Shown in pieces: positions 38,201-45,536 of a stretch of DNA of 60,613 nt (position 1 is its first letter; every line of letters begins with the position of its first letter). The notes beneath the pieces are model-generated. The model saw only the letters and a program-made list of their open reading frames with translations, was not told where the DNA came from and ran no database searches. Source of the stretch: a virus (lineage: Duplodnaviria; Caudoviricetes). Both the position numbers and the translations under genes were made by a program. The stretch is taken from IMG/VR virus record IMGVR_UViG_3300037440_000098, positions 1 to 60,613 of that record. The stretch is one strand, 5' to 3'.

Positions 38201-39427
38201 CCCAACTCGGCAACGGCCATCGACTGGACACATGAGTCCGACGCCTTCTACCGAGCCAAGTTGTCCAGCGCTGTTGGTGAAGCGTTCGGCCGCATCGGAT
38301 GGCACGCGAACACCGGCATCGACCCGGATCTCGCCAGTGGAACCATCGCGGTGGATCCTCTGTTCGTCTATCCGGTTGACCGCACCATGGGTGGCCTTCA
38401 TGGGAAAATCGCCTACAACGTAAGCCTGGACTCAGGTACATGGCCTGCTGGCTCCACCGTGGCCGTCGTGGTCTTCGGCAGGTGGGTGCTGAAGGACGGC
38501 ACCATGGCAACCTCCTTCGTTCTGGCGAACACCGGGGACGATGAGGGAGTCACTGGCGGATGGGTGACTGTCAGCGCCACTACGCCAGTGTCCATCCCTG
38601 CTGACGCAGTCGGCGTCATATCGTACGCCCGAGTTCGCTTCGTCAACGGAACCACGCTGATGAACGTGGACCTGTCGGAGATGTTCCTTGGTCAGGTAAA
38701 TGGCGGAGTCCTCATTGAGGATGGTTCCATCACCGCCAACAAGATCGTGGCCAATGCGATTACGGCCACCAAGATCGCAGCCAACGCCATCACCACCGAC
38801 CAGCTCTCGGCCAACGCCATCACGTCCAAGCACACGATCACCGGCTCCGTCATCCAGACGGCAAGCAGCCAGCCACGTGTGATCATGTCTCCGAATGCCA
38901 ACTACCTCGGCCAACATGGCATTCGGCTGGACAGCTCCGGCTCAGGTGCGCGAGACACCAACATCTTCATCGCCAGCACCACCGAAGGTGGGTGGGAACA
39001 GTACAGCTTCGCCATCGTCGGACCCGAAGTGACGAGGAACAGCTCCGGTCGGGCTGACCTGAACTTCAAGACCGGTGGCGGGTTCTTCATGAAGAAGCAG
39101 TGGGTCACCGACTCCAGGTTCGCCGGGGTTGAAGCACCGACTGCGTCCAACGAGCTGCTGCTGGCCGGTACGATTCCGCGAGGAACCCAAATCGGAGATG
39201 CCTTCGGTGCGGTTCGTGGCCTGACCTCGAACTTCGCCATCAACACCATCACTTGGGGGTTCAACAACGGGTGGGCCTACCGAGGTGCCATCTGTCCGAA
39301 CTCGCCGGGCTCCACTCCGAGGTACGGTTGTATGCAGTCCACCTCATCAAGCAGCTTCACATATAACTGCAATGCCAGCGTAGACAATGTGGACATGTGG
39401 CTGTACCGAGGCGGATACATCCTTTAG
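35255..39427 (+). CDS. large minor tail / central fibre protein with carbohydrate-binding-like and fibronectin III-like domains
   Basis: YTVEVAAVG and FRFRAVDTSGN FN3 motifs; ITA.KI.A repeats; position. Confidence 0.8.
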   Translation: MAFVPENANPDFGTDLSDWSDSGGGTISRIDISADDPPAGSNGWAMHIVPDGASQFPGGESDHYAVAPGEYKWGQATVRCSDDHSVGIDVNWFDVAHAYLSTTNLTVAAEAGVWYEQGSRRIAPVDAAFYSLKITIPDTPAASITVDVDFAGIGDDPTSESLTIGMVADASVEGTGPRDPSVTVPASATATGSKDSSAAASGGMEASGAASGSKDTSGSGSAASEASTASSGTKASSGEPVGSLDMVMSSSATGRVQGEEVVFSDFPPLRWRIRAYDPDGTLRGQLPVPLGWTVALPFDDLSSMTLEYANSAPGIDLLQAPCEVVLELSDENAMFQEYPDCRFLNIRQSQDLIQADVTTKLTMPSYGWMLRKVRNINTATFNEEGNRVFTNVTVGALINTFLTEAHTRGNVPFLVTDFNATNDSDGEAWTNLITIEVAAGQDLWSLLQTMVAQGQCDFRMNGRTLQLYKADTFLNRDQTLNPTAKVLHTFRDVSAAPDDRSYEDIAHTILVQGDDAKFVTVEQAVNPSPWGEWENFMTQSGVTDTGVLNSLAVRALEMANAPRTQMTRELVFRSQSPLPIIDYRSGDHVLAQDETALMDDLRVRQITLTMGGEALTGNVVLGDKFTERDIRIQRQIAALAGSASTIGGSGTTPTVPTTPIPDTSVPAQVTGLVLAADSYVDELGRPRGLFSAQWAEVTLDTGGDPQDISSYRVRWSALGSGFWKQRTVGGDTLITWIGEDIQVLTIYTVEVAAVGSNNIQGAWSDSENIFIPADATAPPVPSDPVVTSRLGTLRVHWDGLDEDTLPMPADFARVEVEMGNTGSGPFAVVGTVSSTSDLIIADQPYEAERFFRFRAVDTSGNTSGYSGVVSGSTEPLVDTDIIGQVIDGANIVDGTLVASDKIVANSITGGLIEALAINAGHIQANAITSDKIEAGAITAEKISAYSIDATRLAIGGNRNLVADGNAANEDLGTARTQNATGLPNSATAIDWTHESDAFYRAKLSSAVGEAFGRIGWHANTGIDPDLASGTIAVDPLFVYPVDRTMGGLHGKIAYNVSLDSGTWPAGSTVAVVVFGRWVLKDGTMATSFVLANTGDDEGVTGGWVTVSATTPVSIPADAVGVISYARVRFVNGTTLMNVDLSEMFLGQVNGGVLIEDGSITANKIVANAITATKIAANAITTDQLSANAITSKHTITGSVIQTASSQPRVIMSPNANYLGQHGIRLDSSGSGARDTNIFIASTTEGGWEQYSFAIVGPEVTRNSSGRADLNFKTGGGFFMKKQWVTDSRFAGVEAPTASNELLLAGTIPRGTQIGDAFGAVRGLTSNFAINTITWGFNNGWAYRGAICPNSPGSTPRYGCMQSTSSSSFTYNCNASVDNVDMWLYRGGYIL

Positions 39428-39440
39428 TAGGAAAGGCGTC

Positions 39441-39920
39441 ATGAAGAAACTTCTGGCACTCATCGCGGGCATCATGCTCGTATTCGCCACGCCCACGATG
39501 GCGCAGGCGGCTGTCATCGATCTGCCCGCCGTGGTGACCATCACCCCGAACCCGGCCGATGCGTCTACGAGCCCCATCGTGACTGTGGAAGTCACGGTTA
39601 CCAACAACACGGGTGCGGCCAAGCCGGTCGGCCTGCGACTTCGTGCCAACGGTCTGACGGCATCGCAGCTCAAGTACCAGAGCTGCAACATCACGCCTTC
39701 TCCTGGCGTGAGCTGGGGTTGTGGGGAATACGTCACCAGCCCGAGCCTTGAGTTCGGATACAGCTCTCCGAGCCTGGCTGCGGGCGCATCTCGTACGTTC
39801 ACCACCACCTTCAAGGTGTACCAGTACACCCCGATCGGTACGTACCAGATGGAATACTGGGCTGTGTCAGGCTCGGACACCGGACCGGTCACGGATACAC
39901 CGGATCTGGAACTGAACTAA
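39441..39920 (+). CDS. secreted beta-rich (Ig-like) protein with signal peptide
   Basis: MKKLLALIAGIMLVFATPTMAQA; VTVTNNTG and SLAAGASRTFT. Confidence 0.7.
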   Translation: MKKLLALIAGIMLVFATPTMAQAAVIDLPAVVTITPNPADASTSPIVTVEVTVTNNTGAAKPVGLRLRANGLTASQLKYQSCNITPSPGVSWGCGEYVTSPSLEFGYSSPSLAAGASRTFTTTFKVYQYTPIGTYQMEYWAVSGSDTGPVTDTPDLELN

Positions 39921-39936
39921 GGACAGGGGGATCGCT

Positions 39937-40635
39937 GTGGTGAACATCGAAATCAAGTCAGTGCAGACTGCGCGTACTCGCCAAACCGACTTCGGTATGG
40001 CTGAAGGCAGTCGTCTGTACCACGTGGCGTACGACATTCCGAACTTCCCCGAGATGAACGGGCACGTCCACACCATTCCGGCTGCGGCTCTGGCCAACTA
40101 CCGGATCGACACCTCCGAGGTGGACCCGATGGTGGCCATGGACTACTACCTGCGGGAGGCCATGACCAGTCTCCAGACATCCATCGCAGCCAAGACCATG
40201 CGGGCGATGTCCGACGACGACCCGAGAGTAATGGCTGTCAAGGCTCAGCAGGTGGTCAGAACCAGGCTCGAACAGGACATCTTCGAGCTGGCCGGGGAAG
40301 CTCCAGGGGACTCGCCGGAAGAGATCCAGGAGGCCGTGGAAGAGGTCGTCGTCTCGCCGGTCGCGCGTCTGTCCGGCGCTCGCGCTCTCTCTGTGCCTGC
40401 CGCAGCGACGGCCGCCAGCCGCCTCGACACGGCACAGCAGGCGTTCGCCGGGGTCCTGTCCCGAACGGTCGCTGCCAGCGCCGTAGACACGAGCCTGAAG
40501 CCGTGGGCGACGCTCGCGCAGATGGTGGCCGACGACACGGCGGAGCTGGACAGGGAGCGGGCTCAGTGGTTCGACGCCAGGTATGGTGAGCGAATCCGGC
40601 TGAAGGCCGGGATGCGATTCCGGGGAACGAGGTAA
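39937..40635 (+). CDS. hypothetical protein
   Basis: 232-aa ORF with SD AGGGGG. Confidence 0.7.
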   Translation: MVNIEIKSVQTARTRQTDFGMAEGSRLYHVAYDIPNFPEMNGHVHTIPAAALANYRIDTSEVDPMVAMDYYLREAMTSLQTSIAAKTMRAMSDDDPRVMAVKAQQVVRTRLEQDIFELAGEAPGDSPEEIQEAVEEVVVSPVARLSGARALSVPAAATAASRLDTAQQAFAGVLSRTVAASAVDTSLKPWATLAQMVADDTAELDRERAQWFDARYGERIRLKAGMRFRGTR

Positions 40636-40637
40636 TC

Positions 40638-40814
40638 ATGGTCAAGTCCGAGCATGTCATCACATCGTTGAAGCGCCAGCTCAGCGACGCACACCTTCGT
40701 ATAGCCGTGCTGGAGGCACAGCTCATGGAGGTGGGCGCGGCTCAGCCTGAGCAGGAACAGATGCTGGTGGTACCGGCCGACGAGACTGGTCTCGGCCAGG
40801 ACCGTGTAGTCTGA
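40638..40814 (+). CDS. 58-aa coiled-coil hypothetical protein
   Basis: Translated by hand (MVKSEHVITSLKRQLSDAHLRIAVLEAQL...); SD GAGGT. Confidence 0.6.
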   Translation: MVKSEHVITSLKRQLSDAHLRIAVLEAQLMEVGAAQPEQEQMLVVPADETGLGQDRVV

Positions 40815-40833
40815 CCCAGCGAGTCCGCGCACG

Positions 40834-40873
40834 CGAAGGGCCGGGGAGGCTGACACACCTTCCCGGCCCTTCG
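40834..40873. terminator. bidirectional terminator at the convergence of the two genome arms
   Basis: cgaagggccggg...cccggcccttcg. Confidence 0.78.
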
Positions 40874-40879
40874 TCATGC

Positions 40880-41410
40880 TCAGCCCCGGTAGTCCGGGTC
40901 CTCGTCCAGGATGATGGCCACGGCCATCGGGCCGGTCTCACCCTCGAAGTACCCGTGCTCGTCGTCGTCGCCCACCATGGGCATGGTCGGCATGAAGGTC
41001 TTGGCGAACGACTCGGGCAGGGCTCCCGTGTCCACCATCATGGACAGCAGGAACCGCGTCCCACCCAGCTCGGTCTTCAGCTCGGTGATGACCTTCTCGG
41101 CCACCTCCAGGGCCAGTTCCTGCGCCCTGGTGATTCCGTCCTTCTGGTTCAGCTCCCGCTTCAGGGTTTCGATGGTGTTGACCTGCGTCTCGTTGCGGGT
41201 CTCGTACACCTGGACCTTGGACCGGAGCTGCGTCATCTCAGCCTGGCTGACCACGACCGACAGCGGGGGCATGTCGCCCGGCTGCGGCGCGTATTCGAAC
41301 GCCTGGCACGTGCACTCCATGCACTCTTGCTGGACGGTAGCCTCGTTGTGTGAGCTGCGTCGGTGCCCGCAGGCTTTCTCGGCGCAGCGCTCTCGTCGTT
41401 CCTGTGCCAT
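40880..41410 (-). CDS. hypothetical protein with N-terminal Cys/His cluster and coiled coil
   Basis: C....CGH...H......C.ECTC; SD AAGGAGG. Confidence 0.72.
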   Translation of the reverse strand: MAQERRERCAEKACGHRRSSHNEATVQQECMECTCQAFEYAPQPGDMPPLSVVVSQAEMTQLRSKVQVYETRNETQVNTIETLKRELNQKDGITRAQELALEVAEKVITELKTELGGTRFLLSMMVDTGALPESFAKTFMPTMPMVGDDDEHGYFEGETGPMAVAIILDEDPDYRG

Positions 41411-41413
41411 GCC

Positions 41414-41944
41414 TTAGTCCTCCTTGGGAAACGCGGCCACGCACGTACCGTGGTGGGCCTGATCGACCAGCCACGAGATACCGTGTCGTGTCGCGTCGTT
41501 GATGTGCCGGTTGGCGTGGCCAGGCAGCCACACCCCGGTCCGCAGCAAGACCTGGTTCGTCACCATCATCTTGCCTTGAACCGGGATGCGCTCGTGGAAC
41601 TTGGACTTCATTCGGTTGCCATGCATGGCCCACCAGCAGTCCAGAACACCCATCACCTTCATGGCCGTCAGCTCCGGGTCCACTACACCCGGCCGCTTGG
41701 TGAACTTCTCCAGGACGATGTCCACCGACTCCATGCCGTACATGCCGAAGGCGGACTCGTAGTAGTTCTGGACGCGCAGGAAGAAGTCCTTCGCGCCAGA
41801 CCCACTCTTCTGGTAGTTGATCGTGTCGTGCCGTATCAACACCGGCATGGTCCGCTGTCCGTTGATGCCCAGCAGAGACATGCCGGTGTCGTATCCGGGG
41901 TCAACACAGATCAACCCCATCGGAAGGGTGCGCCCCCCGATCAT
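41414..41944 (-). CDS. RuvC-like Holliday junction resolvase
   Basis: ICVDPGYDTG, IVLEKF, HINDA.RH. Confidence 0.72.
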   Translation of the reverse strand: MIGGRTLPMGLICVDPGYDTGMSLLGINGQRTMPVLIRHDTINYQKSGSGAKDFFLRVQNYYESAFGMYGMESVDIVLEKFTKRPGVVDPELTAMKVMGVLDCWWAMHGNRMKSKFHERIPVQGKMMVTNQVLLRTGVWLPGHANRHINDATRHGISWLVDQAHHGTCVAAFPKED

Positions 41945-42270
41945 GGCTCGATCACCGGACGGAAGTTGTCGTCCTCGTCCAGGTCGCCCGGCTTCACCCG
42001 CTGGCAGACCAGCAACGTCGGCACACAGCCGTCCACGTAGCCGCCGTTCTCCAGGCCGTTGACCTGACCGGCCAGCGACCGCATGAACTCCAGCTCCGCC
42101 GCGTCCAGGGAGCGCTCGATGAGCGCGCTGTCGTGGCACGAGATCAGCTTGATGCGGTACACCGGCTCGGCCAGCTCGAAGTCTTCCGGCTTGTCGAACA
42201 GCTCACCGGTCCTGTCGTAGTGAGCAGCCTCGTCCACGATGACGAGGTCTGCCTTCGGTCCCCTTGCCAT
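41941..42270 (-). CDS. hypothetical protein
   Basis: ORF coupled to the resolvase; SD AGGGGA. Confidence 0.7.
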   Translation of the reverse strand: MARGPKADLVIVDEAAHYDRTGELFDKPEDFELAEPVYRIKLISCHDSALIERSLDAAELEFMRSLAGQVNGLENGGYVDGCVPTLLVCQRVKPGDLDEDDNFRPVIEP

Positions 42271-42278
42271 GCGATCCC

Positions 42279-42722
42279 CTATCCGTGGCAGGTACGGCAG
42301 ACTCGGCTACCGCGACCTGTGATGTACGTGTTCTGTTTGGTGTACTCGTGCCCTCTGGGACAATGAGTCTTCTTTGCGTTGGCGTGAGTGCCATGCCGTA
42401 CGGAGTCCTTGGTGTTCTCTGACTTGGTTCCGTACTCCAAGTTCGTCACCTGATTGTTGGTATTGTTGCCATCCTTGTGACGAACCTCTACGTTGTCGGG
42501 ACGAGGACCAAGGAAAGCCTCAGCAACTATGACGCTGATCTTCTTGGTCTTTCCCCGACCGTTTCGGTACAGCATGACCTGCGGGTAACCGTCACCATCC
42601 TTCGATGGCTTCAGCTCCTTGAGCTGGGTCCTGTTCTTGCGTGGCAGGCTACGAACCTTGCCGGTGCTGGACACTTCGTACTTGCCCTCGTAGCCCACTA
42701 CGCTACGCCACTGCTCACTCAT
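42279..42722 (-). CDS. NUMOD4-HNH homing endonuclease
   Basis: EQWRSVVGYEGKYEVSS.GKVRS; VRHKDGNNTNN..NLEYGT.SEN; KTHCPRGHEY. Confidence 0.9.
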   Translation of the reverse strand: MSEQWRSVVGYEGKYEVSSTGKVRSLPRKNRTQLKELKPSKDGDGYPQVMLYRNGRGKTKKISVIVAEAFLGPRPDNVEVRHKDGNNTNNQVTNLEYGTKSENTKDSVRHGTHANAKKTHCPRGHEYTKQNTYITGRGSRVCRTCHG

Positions 42723-44917
42723 CCTGTGGCATCCCAGGTTTTTCCATAGCCGCCGTCAGCAGCGAAGGTGACTTCGGGAAAGATGCGCTCACCGTGTTTG
42801 ACCAGCATGGCCCTAGTCACTGAGCTTGCCTCTTCCGCGTCCTCCTCTGGCACGTCCAGCGTGATGCTGTCGTGTACCAAGGCCATGAGGTACCACGGCT
42901 TCTGGTTGTCTTCGATCCACTTGAACAGCTCGACGGCCGCCAGCACGCAGCAGTCCGAGGCCGACGACTGCGGTTCGAAGGACAGGGCGGACCTTTCCAC
43001 GGCCGCCTTGTTCCTCGGGGTGATGACGTCGTTCTGGAAGTACCGGCCGTGTCGAGTACGGAGTCCTTCGCCGCTGTGGAGGCGCTTGTACACCGACTCT
43101 CGCCAGCCTGCCAGGCCCGTCGCCGCACCCAGGAAGTTGTCGATGATGCCCTGTGCCTCTCGCGGGTGCATGTCCAGCGAGTGGCCGATCGCCTTGGCTT
43201 GCCGACCGAAGGCCAGTCCGTAGATGACCCCCTTCAGCTTGGCTCGCATGTCCTTCTTCTCCTCCGCGTTCTTGGGAACACGGTGAGGGAAGGCCATCGG
43301 CAGCATCTCCTCGAACACGTCCACGTCCGGGTCCGCGAAGATCTCGATCAGCCAGGCGTCGTTGCCCAGGGCCGCCATGACCCGCAGCTCCGCCTGACTG
43401 TAGTCAGCTTGCATCAGGACGTGCCCCGGCCACCCTGCCCGGAAGCAGCGGCGAACTCGCTTCTGCCTGGGCTGGTTCTGGATGTTCGGGTCAGCCGACG
43501 ACAGTCGGCCGGTGATGACCCCGAACAGCTTGTAGTCCGGGAACACCCGATCACCAGGCAGCAGATCCTTGCTCAGCGTCTTGGGCGGCACGTCCAGCTT
43601 GGGCCGGACGTACGTACCCATCAGCTTGGTGGCTCCCCGGTAATCCAGCAGCCGGGGCGCGAACTCGTCGCCCTTCTCGATCAGGCCGGACAGAGCGTCC
43701 TCGTCCGTGGACTTGAGGATGACTCCCTGTGCCTCGTACAGCTTCTTGACCTGAGCCGGGGAGCCGGGGTTGAACTTGTGCACCCACACCGGCTTGCCCT
43801 TGATCGACCCTGGACCATGGCTGCGGGGCCATGCCTTGTTGGGATCGATGTCGAACTCGGCCAGGATCTTGTCGGCCTTGTCCTGAACACCGGCCAGGGC
43901 CGCGTCGATCTCGTTCTGTACGTCCGGGACCAGCTCCTCCTCGACGTACTTGGTCCAGATGCACACGCCGAAGAACTGCTGCTTGGCCAGCAGGTTGTTC
44001 AGCGGCCCGAGCACGTTGGCCCACACGTTGGCGGCGTTCTGGTTCTCCGCCAGCATGGCGAACAGGTCGCCAGCAAGCGCCCCTGTTCCCTGTACGTCCT
44101 TGGCCAGGTAGGTGTACAGCTTATCGAGCGGTATCGAACGCATGTCGTTGTACTCGGCCTGCGTCAGAGACCAGCTCTCCCACCCGTAGAACTTCTCGAC
44201 CACGAAGTCCAGTGCGTGCTTCTGCGCGGCCGGGTACAGGATGCCGTGGACGATCTGAGTATCGAAGTCCACCTTCAGCGGCCGGTTCTTGCGCAGCAGG
44301 ACCCACGACGTGGTCATGGTGTCGAACTTGGCGTTGTGTCCCACCAGCCCGAACTGAGACAGCAGGTCGTACAGCTCCTGCCACCCATAACCCATGTCGT
44401 AGTCCGGACCGTAGAGCTGGTCCTCGGGCACGACGAAGGCTTCCTGTCCGTCGAACAGTCCGAGGCACAGGATCTCTCGCTTGGCCGGGTGCCGGGCGAG
44501 GCCGCCCGCCGTCTCGATGTCGAACACCAGACGGCGGACCTTGCCCACCCGAGCCTTCAGCCAGCGCTCCGTGTGGCTACGCGAGGAGGAAAGGGTGTAC
44601 TCCCCGCTCGGCGGCTCCTGTGCCTTCCCCGACAGGGCCTTCGTCGCCCGCGTGAAGGCCATCTTCAGGTGCGTCAGCGTGTCCGGCATCGCCAGCATCT
44701 GCTTCATCGTCGGAAGCGAGATAGACGGCAGGGGCGAACGCGTCGGCGTTTCCAGCAGCAGATGAGGGCGGACGGAGGAGGGATTCACCCTCGACGTCAG
44801 GCTCATCGTACTCGGCACGACTTTCGCCGCTTCCAACAGGATGTCCCTCAGCACGGGGTTCGGTGCTTCGGGCAGCGTCACGCAGATCGCTGGCTTCGAG
44901 GCTGACGTTGACGACAA
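42719..44917 (-). CDS. polA: family A DNA polymerase with 3'-5' exonuclease
   Basis: FDIET, GHNAKFD, TGRLSS.DPNIQN, ADYSQAELR, K...YG..FG, VHDS. Confidence 0.95.
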   Translation of the reverse strand: MSSTSASKPAICVTLPEAPNPVLRDILLEAAKVVPSTMSLTSRVNPSSVRPHLLLETPTRSPLPSISLPTMKQMLAMPDTLTHLKMAFTRATKALSGKAQEPPSGEYTLSSSRSHTERWLKARVGKVRRLVFDIETAGGLARHPAKREILCLGLFDGQEAFVVPEDQLYGPDYDMGYGWQELYDLLSQFGLVGHNAKFDTMTTSWVLLRKNRPLKVDFDTQIVHGILYPAAQKHALDFVVEKFYGWESWSLTQAEYNDMRSIPLDKLYTYLAKDVQGTGALAGDLFAMLAENQNAANVWANVLGPLNNLLAKQQFFGVCIWTKYVEEELVPDVQNEIDAALAGVQDKADKILAEFDIDPNKAWPRSHGPGSIKGKPVWVHKFNPGSPAQVKKLYEAQGVILKSTDEDALSGLIEKGDEFAPRLLDYRGATKLMGTYVRPKLDVPPKTLSKDLLPGDRVFPDYKLFGVITGRLSSADPNIQNQPRQKRVRRCFRAGWPGHVLMQADYSQAELRVMAALGNDAWLIEIFADPDVDVFEEMLPMAFPHRVPKNAEEKKDMRAKLKGVIYGLAFGRQAKAIGHSLDMHPREAQGIIDNFLGAATGLAGWRESVYKRLHSGEGLRTRHGRYFQNDVITPRNKAAVERSALSFEPQSSASDCCVLAAVELFKWIEDNQKPWYLMALVHDSITLDVPEEDAEEASSVTRAMLVKHGERIFPEVTFAADGGYGKTWDATG

Positions 44918-45536
44918 CGGGGGTCTCCTTGTCCGTGTTTTCGGCCGCCTTCTTGGCCTGCTGTACCGTCTTGCCGGTGAGCCTGGCGATGACCGGCCAT
45001 GTCGCGCCTTCCTTGTAGGCGCGATCCAGCAGCCAGCCCTTGGACGTGCTGTTCGGGGACTTCAGCAGCTCCGTCCACCAGGACAGGATGAGGTTCAGCG
45101 CCTCAACCGTCAGTTCCCCACCGAGGCGCTGCATGGGGAAGACTTCCGGCCGACCAGGCGACCAGGCGACCACCGTTCCCCGGCTCACGCTGAGGATGGT
45201 GGCGATGTTGTTGTTGTTGAACAGGCAGGTACCCATCAGCACCCGCGCCACGTCCGACTTCTCGCGGTTGTCGAACGTGCTGCGGATGGAGTGCACCTTG
45301 ATGGCCAGCCTGATGCAGTCCATGAAGATGTGGGCCGGGTACTTCAGCACCACCTGCTTGCCCGCGCCGTTGTGCTTCAGCTCGGTCAGCTCGTCCACGT
45401 CCACGTCGTGGTCCAGCCACCGGAGGACCAGCTTGTGCACCTCCGGGTAGTCGTCATAGACCTTGATGTTGTTGAGCGCCTTGATCATCAGGTCACGCGG
45501 GGATGTCGTCTGCTCCGAGGAAGCTGCCGATTCCAT
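44577..45536 (-). CDS. putative DNA-binding protein with two HTH-like segments and an acidic tail
   Basis: IATILSVSRGTV and TWPVIARLTG; ATG 45536 behind GAAGGGA; tail overlaps the polymerase start. Confidence 0.65.
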   Translation of the reverse strand: MESAASSEQTTSPRDLMIKALNNIKVYDDYPEVHKLVLRWLDHDVDVDELTELKHNGAGKQVVLKYPAHIFMDCIRLAIKVHSIRSTFDNREKSDVARVLMGTCLFNNNNIATILSVSRGTVVAWSPGRPEVFPMQRLGGELTVEALNLILSWWTELLKSPNSTSKGWLLDRAYKEGATWPVIARLTGKTVQQAKKAAENTDKETPVVVNVSLEASDLRDAARSTEPRAEGHPVGSGESRAEYDEPDVEGESLLRPPSSAAGNADAFAPAVYLASDDEADAGDAGHADAPEDGLHAGDEGPVGEGTGAAERGVHPFLLA

